Part shown: positions 55,389-64,000 of the stretch, one piece after another
Numbering within the stretch: the stretch's first letter is position 1
How the letters are laid out: each line of letters starts with the position of its first letter
From: Auanema rhodensis
Lineage: Eukaryota; Animalia; Nematoda
Assembly (NCBI GenBank): GCA_964057225.1
Contig: OZ059898.1
Coordinates: 11,656,001 to 11,720,000 of the forward strand
DNA: 64,000 nucleotides
Reading direction: 5' to 3'
Position numbers and translations under genes: made by a program
The notes under the pieces: generated by a model
The model's input: the letters and a program-made list of their open reading frames with translations, nothing else
What the model was told of the DNA's origin: nothing
Database searches by the model: none

Positions 55389-55737
55389 CTAATTTTTTTT
55401 GAAACGTAAATGCTCGTGGCTGTCGGAGTCAGAATGCGAGTGAGAGTCACTATGATGATGAGGTCTGACACGAGTAGGTCTGATACCATTTGGCTGTTGC
55501 ATGTCTTTGTTCTTCTTATGGAAGCGATGGAATTCATCAGATCCAGAAGAATCATGGTTATCCAGAATAACCATATCTCCGAGAAATTGCTCATCCTGCT
55601 CATCTTCTTCCATGGGGAGATCTGCGTTATCTTCCATTGCTATCTGAACAGAAATAAACTAATATAAGTATTAAGTATAGGAAACTCACAGTGAGAACGA
55701 AAAGACTGGCAAATAGGACTAAGTGAAGAAAGTTCAT
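55389..55737 (-). CDS. Small secreted acidic, His/Ser/Asp-rich protein of unknown family (100 aa, 2 exons)
   Basis: Exons 55737-55690 and 55643-55389 are joined by a GTGAGT..TTCAG intron. The product is MNFLHLVLFASLFVLTIA-MEDNADLPMEEDEQDEQ..RPHHHSDSHSHSDSDSHEHLRFKKN*. A TATA-like TATATAAA lies about 40 nt upstream on the minus strand. Confidence 0.75.
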
Positions 55738-55998
55738 GTTGGCTAGGTTTGAGGAAAGACAAAAATTTTAATATTTATATATAGCTTGGTATATATTATA
55801 CAATTACGTGGAAAAATTGAGAACAATGATATCGTTTAAAACGCAAAAAAAAAAGAAAATTAGAAACACCGTAGAAAGACCACATGATATGTGAACAACA
55901 ATTACAAAAACGAGACAACAAAGTCGTTTTACAAATATGACGAATTGCTGCCTAGTTGAAATTAAAAAATCTATTTTTGTGAATCAGAATTTTAGAAT

Positions 55999-58900
55999 TT
56001 AAATACTTGGTGATAAAACTATAACAGCATCGGGAAACTCAGATTCTACAGGTGGTGATAGCACAGATGGAGACATGAACGATGTGTAGTTGTATGCGGA
56101 TGACCATAAGGCTGGAGATAAAACTGCTGGAGATAATACTCCAGCTGCTAAAGAGGATGGACTCATTACCAATGGAGTGAGTACTGATGGACTGAAAAGA
56201 AGATATGAAAATATTTACAAAAATTATTGATAATGCCTCAAAATTAAAGGTGAGGCAAGAGTTGGTGATAATATATAGGGCACCATAAGTAATGGAGAGA
56301 GAATAGCTGGACTAAAAATACCTGAAATGCGTGTTATGTTTAGCACATTTACGAACTTATTAGTATTTTATATGATGTATATATATATATATATTTATAT
56401 ATGTTACCTGGTGAAAGTACATTAACAGATAATGAGACAGGTGATAAAACTAATGGTGAGAACATGAACGGAGATAGAATAATTGGACAAAATGACCAAG
56501 GAGATAAGATGAGTGGAGAAAACGACCAAGGTGATAGAATTAAAGGTCCAACTATTGTTGGGGATCCTACGTACACATTGAAAAGAACCGGAGATAGTAT
56601 TACCGATCCTGTATATATAGGCTCAACTGAAATTAATTTTTTTATCAATTTTTTCACCAGAACGTATGAATTTACATATGTTTGCTGTAAAGAGTATAGG
56701 TGCAAATATAACATCCTGTTTCTTTCGTTGTTTTCTCTCCTCTTCTTTCATTGCTAATAGACGTATTGATGATAAAAGTCTGAAGTTTTATGGATAATTT
56801 AATGATCTCTACTGTTACTAATTGACTTCCGCTCAATTTGTTCAGGATTCATTTGACGCGTTGATCGTAAGAGTATCGGATCATGGAAGGGTGATAGCCT
56901 ACCGTACACAACCTTCTTCTGTAACGATGTCATTACAGCGTAACCACGTTCCCGAAATGATTTCATCTGAAAACAATTATTTGAACACACAAGATTGCAA
57001 CATGTTCATTATACTTGATCTGGAGTATAAGATTTTTCCATTCTTTGGATAACATCAATTTTTAGACGTTCCTTTCGTCCAAGAGTATCTTCAATATCAT
57101 CCAATGTCAATTGTAATGGCTCATCTTTTTGACTCAACGTTTGTGCTTTGAGTTCTTCCTGAAGAAAATATCTCAATTATCAAAAATATTTCTTCATAAC
57201 ATTCAACACAACCGCTTATCATGACTAGTACTATCGAAATAAATTTCGCTTGATCAGTCGCTCATCAGTTTTATCTTCAACTTACGAACCTTAGCTCGTT
57301 CTAAGCCGTCAGTGGCACCTGATACAGTTAAAATAAAGTTTATCCATGCTTCTTGATCAGCAGCTTTTACGTCTACAGCAGATGGTGATAATATTGAGAT
57401 CTAAATATACAAACATTTTTTTACTATTTTGTACAAAATACCTCATTTCCGGATCTATCGGATGATGCTAATCTTGGAGAAAGCAACCTGATGGATTTAT
57501 TCGCAGTATCAAATCCATTCATTTGTAAAGTTACGTTAATACCTTGTTTTTAGAAAAAAAGATGATAACTTGAAACAACTTATATCGATACCATCTCTTA
57601 GCAGCTTCATTGTATCACTTATAGCATTATTATATAATGACTCTGTTTTTGGTATTAGTGCTTCATCGCGTTTTTCTTTCGGAATATGACTTGATAGCAT
57701 CTGGTTTAACCGTTTATGAACTATGGATTTATTCTTCAGAATCTTCAATTCTTCAGCCATATGTCTCCATCGTCTACAATAGTATTAGAATTGTAAACGA
57801 CACCTTTCACCCTATTCTTAAAATCCAGCATTTCAAGCATTTTTTCATCACAAAATTATAATTTTCTCCCATTTAAGCATGATTTGAGGTTTTCGAAGTT
57901 GAAATTCTATTGGTGGATCTGCCCGAAAATATCAAAACAATAAGTCTTTTATCTTTTCATAACAAAACCCAATGTGTACCACTATTCTTGGAAGAATCTA
58001 AATTTACAATACCTACTACTTTTGGATGTACCTTGGATGGAAGTGCATGACGCTTAAAAACTCCGGGGAAATTTTGAATACCTAGCTCTTTTACCAGCTC
58101 TTCGAGAGATCTAGTTTTGGGGGAAAGGTGTCTTAGACTCTCAGTCATCCTGAACACCTCCAAATTTAAAAAAAATAGAAAAAATGATGACTAAATGGGG
58201 AAAAATTTCCATTTTGTAGTGAAAAATGCTTGAAATGTAGTATTTAAAGAATTTTTTCTTCTGAGACATTTTCAATCAGAATAGTTTGAATGAACCTTGA
58301 GTTTGATAAACTATCTGTTTTCTTTCCCAAAACATATTCCACCATTCTAGTAAGATGATACGCAACTGTTGAGCTGATTGAGCTGTTTATTGGAGTGTCG
58401 CTTAGCATTGAATAAGCAGATGATGATCTCATAATACCACGTCGCACCCGTTTTTTTGCTCTTGCTGTCTTGGCCAGCAAATCTGGATAAGTTTTCTAAA
58501 TTAAGTTGGTCGGTTTCATCATCATTCTATAGAATTATTGCCTGCAAAAGGGCAAGCCTGTCTAGCCTGTCCTGCTCAATTTGCTCCAATCTTCTTATCT
58601 TACGAATTTCTAAAGAGAATATTAAATTAGCAAAGTCGTCCGTTTATACAATTTTGCAATAAAAAACTTTTTTTTTCGAATAAATTACCGATTCTTCTAA
58701 GTACTTTCTCATGCTTCCTTTTCTTCATTTGAATCTGCTTATTCACTAAATTCAGAACACATTTGGCGCCCACGTCTAATGGTTCAACTGAGTTTATACA
58801 ATTTTCAAATTGTTCTCTATATTTTAAGGGAACTTTTTTGAGTCTGAAAGTTGCAATCTAGAGGTATGTGTATCTATCTATTGGCATACAAACCTCTCTC

Positions 58901-59328
58901 GACCAACACATTGGACCAATGCTTTAATTGCATTTTCAGTCCAGTTACCATATAAAGCTTCACCAGAAGATTGGTCAACAGGCAAAATTAACTTGTTTTT
59001 ATCAAAATTTTTTCTTAATTCTTTCGGAATTCTGTCTTCATCTATCTTTGTTTGAGTAAGTGAGACTGAAATTTTTTTTTAGTAAAACAACGTGAAGACA
59101 TTTTTCTTTTTTCTCATATGATATGAGACTACGTTCAGTCAATGAACATGTAATGGTTTATGCAGAATTTAAAGAAATTGAATTTTACTCGAAGACGATT
59201 GATGAGAAAGTTTTCAATTTGAAAATATTTTCTAACGGAAACAACAATGAAAATCAGTGGAAATGCATTAAAAAGAAGATTCAAAACTTACTCAAAGTAG
59301 TAGCTACAAGAAATAGATCAAGTTTCAT
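55999..59328 (-). CDS. MLT-10 family (moulting cycle, mltn-type) secreted protein
   Basis: The signal exon MKLDLFLVATTL is at 59328-59292. It is followed by LYGNWTENAIKAL..GAKCVLNL, SIRLLSPRL, WINFILTVSGA and SYTPDQ..GYAVMTSLQKKVVYGRLSPF. The C-terminus is the characteristic (I/V)LSP repeat region (ILSPWSFSPLILSP..VLSPSI*). Two GC-AG introns are required. Confidence 0.85.
57814..58252. mobile_element. Inverted-repeat-bounded cassette (~70-bp IRs at 57814-57885 and 58182-58252) enclosing the protease fragment
   Basis: The reverse complement of 57814-57885 aligns to 58182-58252 at about 80% identity by manual count. Shared blocks include TAAATGGG, ATTTTGT and AAAAATGCTTGAAATG. Confidence 0.6.
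57886..58148 (-). pseudogene. Decayed Maverick/Polinton adenain-type (peptidase C5) cysteine protease fragment in an intron
   Basis: Translation gives LEELVKELGIQNFPGVFKRHALPSKVHPKVVGIVNLDSSKNSGTHWVLL*, and across frameshifts YCFDIFG / DPPIEF. This matches the Polinton PRO pattern F.GVF.RD.LP..GIVNLD.S...GTHWV..YFDSFG..PP.E. It lies inside mlt-10-like intron 57774-58295. Confidence 0.75.
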
Positions 59329-62300
59329 TATGATGACTAGGAATAATTAACAATGAAACATTTTCGAGATAGGTGGAGTTATTGGTATGATATCAGATAC
59401 TGGGATGTTCTCAATTTGCAGATTAGCCTCGCTTCATTGGCCAAAGGCTAAGAACAGTTGAACTATCGGGGTATCATTTCACCAATGTTGACCGCCAAAT
59501 TTTAACATTCCTCTCAAAAAAAAAATGGAAACATCTAATAGGATTGGATTAAAAACTTCTTTTTTTTTCTTTTTTCTTTTTATTATTATCAGAAAATGTC
59601 AATTGTTGTCAATTAGGTGGCGGTAATAGATATTTTCCGGAGCCATACGTCGTATGCAAATTAGATAGGTGAACCGGAAAGAGAAAGAGAGAGAGCTATG
59701 AATAGGCTAATGTTATAATATTTATGAAAATTGCAGAAAATGTTGTACATGAAGTTGTTGTTTTCTGAAACCACTTGTGTTCGAGTTCAAAAAATCAACT
59801 TGTTTAAAGCTTCTGAACTTATTTGAGAGCAAACAGATGTTCTTTGAAAATCAAACAGAATGATTGAATGAATTAAAGCACATGCTTATCATTATTTTCA
59901 AAATATGCTTTACTTCTATCGATGTAGATTAGAGATTTTGCATTTATTTATATACATTTGTATATAGATGCATGTGCATATGTACTATTCCATGTATTTG
60001 AATGATGAAAACGGAGAATATATTGAATTTCTATTATTATCTGGATTATTATACTCCAGACGATGCATTGTTTGGTTTCTTTTTTGATCGAATACTTAAT
60101 AAATACTACATAGAATATTTAAACATTCTATATATGTAGTTAAATGTTTTATTATTAAAGTTTTTCATATGTATAATTTAATATTAGTTAAAAATCATGT
60201 TACTATGCGCTGATTAAACAAAAATAAAGAAATTAGTATTGAACATCTGAATGCAACCGCTCTCTCATGCGTATACTATGAAAAATGAAAACGGTTTTGC
60301 ACTTAGCATATCAATTTGATTAGCATATCCTTAGATAGCTTGTTCAAAGAGTCCAAGGCATTCGGGTAATATGATGAATTTAAGCTGACAACTTCTCTTC
60401 TGAATATAGATTTATGTCCTTGTCTTCTTAGATCCGCCTACTTAAATTCTGTTGTTTTGACCCTAAGCATAGAGTCGTAAAAGCCAAAGCATTGAATGTA
60501 CAATGAACATTCACGAACAATGATACATTGTTAACCTTCCATTCTCAAACTATGATATTGTACAATCTTTTCCAGTTTATAAGCATGCTGTTTTTCGTAT
60601 TTGAGATATGAAACCGCTACCGGTTTACTTGAGGAGTAGCCATCTGTAGTTAGGAAAAATAGATTGGAATACGTGAATTTCACCAGAATAAACTTTGCCT
60701 TGCGGTTTTAAATTGATTTTCACTTATCTACTACTTGTGCCCTTTATGTGCAACTGAAAGCTAGCAAACTTCTTCCTCTTAACTTATAACGTCGTCTTTT
60801 TAAATTTCGTGTTTGATTTGATTTCTAGTAGTAGCTGCTGACACCCGCCATTATCCAGTTCATGTCTATCTTTTTTTCTTTATGCAAAGATGAATATTTA
60901 TTTAACATTAATCTTTTTTTCTTTTATATATCTGCAAATATCCTGTTATCTGAATAAGCTCATACATTTCATTAAAGATCAAAAATGGTTATTGATCGAG
61001 CCAGAGATGAATTATTGGATCTTCTTAGACGATTATTCTCCAAAATCGAAAAACCGCTGCCTGCTCTTCGTGAACCATCTTACATAGCAACCACTGCTAA
61101 CGGATTATCGCATATATCAGCTTATCTAGAGTTCGTTTATTTATATCATTAGTTACATATTCTAGAGAAAACAGGTTATGATGTGAAAACAACGTATAGA
61201 GTCTATTTGAAACAAATATATTGCATCATAGACTTGTAAACTGATGATTCCACGTCAAGTCTTAATTGAAATGTTTTACCTGTCATTTTGACATAAAACA
61301 TTCTTGATTAGCCCTTTACATGTTACACTTGTTCGAGTCTTAATTTAAGTCGATAGGTAGGATTTCACGAGAAAGTTATCGAAAATGCTGTTCTCCTGCG
61401 AAATAATCTGAATTCAAGCAAAAATCACGTAAGCACATCCGTCATCCCTCATGTACTTCCGCTTTTTACATCTTAAGCTTCTGGCTTTGCTCATTGTTTT
61501 CTAGCTCTCTTAGCTCATTCCTTTAAGATATTTCTTAAGGATAGATATGCAATTAGTCCGTAAATGAGCTAAATTTATATATAATTTCAACCCAAAGGCA
61601 ATATTCTGAAAATCGATCTGAAAGCTTCGAATGATCTACAACTTTTGCTCGCTCATTTCCTCAGATTTTCACTTCGAACTAACTAGCTCTCTCCAAATGA
61701 TTTCCTTTTTTTCTGCTGAATACTCTAGGCTTTGATCCAAAAAGCTGGCAACCCTTTTGATACTGAACTAAAGAGTTTCCCTGCACTTGGTCCGCCTCTC
61801 ACAATTGGTCGATAGAGCTCGTTTTCCCCCCTTATGCATCTCTCGTCGTTCACCCAGTCCACCAAATTTTTGCAACGAGAGAAATGAGGAAAGACGGGAG
61901 GGAGCAAAGAAGAGTCGGGAGAGGGCTCCACATCCATTCTTCGAAAAATCACGTCGATGCCTCTCTCGCTTGCCTCTGCATGTCTCAAGTTGTAATCCGC
62001 TGTCGTCTATTCTCATGTGTAGGTGCTTTCCCTACCTCAACCCAACAACTTCGATCTTACAGCGTTTTCTTATTATCTGTTTACTCATTCGTGCACTAGA
62101 TGCTCAGAAGATGAAATGTTTAAGTCAAAATTTACATTGCCAGCCATTCTCCGTTCTTTTCTCGTATTATCTTGCGTCATGGTTTTCCCCATCGGCATTA
62201 TTGTTTTGATGACATTTTCGCTAAATTTCAAAAAAAAATTTAGAAAAGTACATTGTGTTACATTCTCTGAATGTTCTCAGTAACTTGTACTGCTTGAAAA

Positions 62301-64000
62301 TTTTCAGTTGCTTTATCGGATTCATGTCATGTTAACGAATTTTTCCATTGCTTCGTTTTCGCTTCATCTTCACTCATATGTCTATATTTCTAGAGCATTT
62401 GTGTGTGCATACTAACCGACGTTGGCTTAGGAACGTTCATGATTTTGAGAAGTTTTAGCGATTATGACTCTCAACTTTGTTGCACTGAGTAAGACTTTAA
62501 TAACTATATACCATAAATTTCAAAAATTATAATATTTTTATCAAAACATTGTGTTTTTTTAATTCCTATTTATGTTTCACACAAAAAATTCTTGCAAAGA
62601 TTTTCATATTTTTCTCATTCTCTCCGCCAAGAGAAACTCGAGCAGTTGCTATCTTCTTCAACAACTTTTCATCGAGAAAACCCCACTTTCAGCCAATTTT
62701 CCCATGAAAAACCAAACCTTTGATCTACCATTTGGTGATTTTTGAAGTTCATCATTGAATGGTATCGATGAAGTTTTGTAAAGACCGAATTCCACCTTGA
62801 AAATCTTTTTTCTTCTCAAAAACTCCAGCCTATCTGGTTGATATGTTTGCGAAAACGTTGTTTTATTAGTCCCCGTGGGTTCCTCTGAACAATTACCACG
62901 GATAATTTCGTTATCAGTCTCGCTTACACATTTCTTTTTCCCGTTCAACTTAATTTATTTATTGAAACATAATAATAACAATAATTGCATATCTTAATTG
63001 GATATATTGGTATCTCATAGAAAATCTATTTCAATTCTAGTCCGAGATCTTATTGATTGGCTAGAGATCTTTCTTAACAGCTGGCCTCAGACCTCCATCT
63101 TCTACTAACATACATATCTTTAATCTTTCTACAAAAGTCTAAATTTGCCTTTCAAACAATTCAACAAATTTTCTCTTATTTCTCAGAGACAGAGTAGAGC
63201 GTAAATGGCATATGTATAAATGCTCATTCTCTAGTTGAATGTGCTAGTTATTGATTCATTTGCTTGCTCTAACTCTTCTTTTCAGCTTTCTCACTTTTAA
63301 TCTTATTTTCGATGGTTTTTTCTTATACTATTTGTTGAAATATTACAATAAGAGAAATAATTTATAGGAATGTTAGAGAGGAATTTATAGAAAATGATGA
63401 ATAAAACTGAACCCAATTTCTTATCACCGCCAAGCTTGCCCAAAAATTTAAAAGGGTGAGCCGTCTCTCTAATAAAATTTATTTTCAACACTGAAAGTCC
63501 AAACAGCATCCTATTTTCCAAAATAATCTTTTTTTTATTTTATCAATTCATTTTCAGCGTTGAACGCTCAAAATCTTTAAACAGTGCACTTAAGAAATGT
63601 AATCGCAGCCCAGAAGAGAAAAAGGTTTAGTAGACAATATGTTACAACCTGATTTGATGCTGATTTAGGTTGTCAGTTTTGCCGATTCCATGGGCTTAGA
63701 TTTATGTCACATAAGACCAATTTTTCCATACAATACAAGTGATGAAGAATTGTTTTCTTCGTCTCCACCCGTCGTCAATCCAACAATACGAAGGTTTGCT
63801 TTCATTTTTTGGAAATATTTCATATGCTTCCACATCTTTCAGCTCATCACAGCCTGTCAATCAACTGCGAAACACTTCCTCTCTTAACTGCCCACGATAT
63901 CTTCAATTGAAAAGTAGTCCATATCCAGCATGGAAAGATCATTTACAAGTACAACGAGATCTAGCAAACAAAGTATCAAAAGATCATCATTTCATCTTTT

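Noticed and set aside
58244-59065. Additional Maverick ORFs next to the protease fragment
   Set aside because: These segments splice in frame as N-terminal exons of the MLT-10-like gene.
61725-64000. GC-richer ORFs at 61.7-62.3 kb and ORFs at 62658 and 63690
   Set aside because: No recognisable domain or consistent exon chain; the RSKVW resemblance to a BED finger is too weak to call.

Overview
This is AT-rich, intron-dense nematode genomic DNA, not prokaryotic. The evidence is TTTCAG-type acceptors, many 40-50 nt introns and FMRFamide-like peptides; it is probably a rhabditid, and probably X-linked judging from C. elegans orthologue positions recalled from memory. Most entries in the ORF track are artefacts, so I rebuilt the genes by splicing exons by hand. 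In order they are: an allatostatin-C/somatostatin-like neuropeptide precursor (+), a MARVEL protein (+), a somatostatin/AstC-type GPCR (+), a GAP1-family RasGAP gap-1 (-), a FAM8A1/RDD protein (-), an ACOT8-like thioesterase (+), flp-5 (+), RPAP2/Rtr1 (-), an ankyrin-DHHC palmitoyltransferase (-), sdha-1 (-), an HRG-3-like secreted protein (-), a small His/Asp-rich secreted protein (-) and an MLT-10-family gene (-). The most notable observations are five. (1) An AstC-like ligand gene lies about 10 kb from an AstC/somatostatin-type receptor gene. (2) A decayed Maverick/Polinton adenain-type protease fragment, bracketed by ~70-bp inverted repeats, sits inside an mlt-10-like intron. (3) A His-rich secreted peptide gene abuts an HRG-3-like heme-carrier gene. 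(4) Three required GC-AG introns and one probable one are present. (5) A palindromic ~32-bp minisatellite fills a GPCR intron. Family assignments come from motif recognition only; no searches were run.
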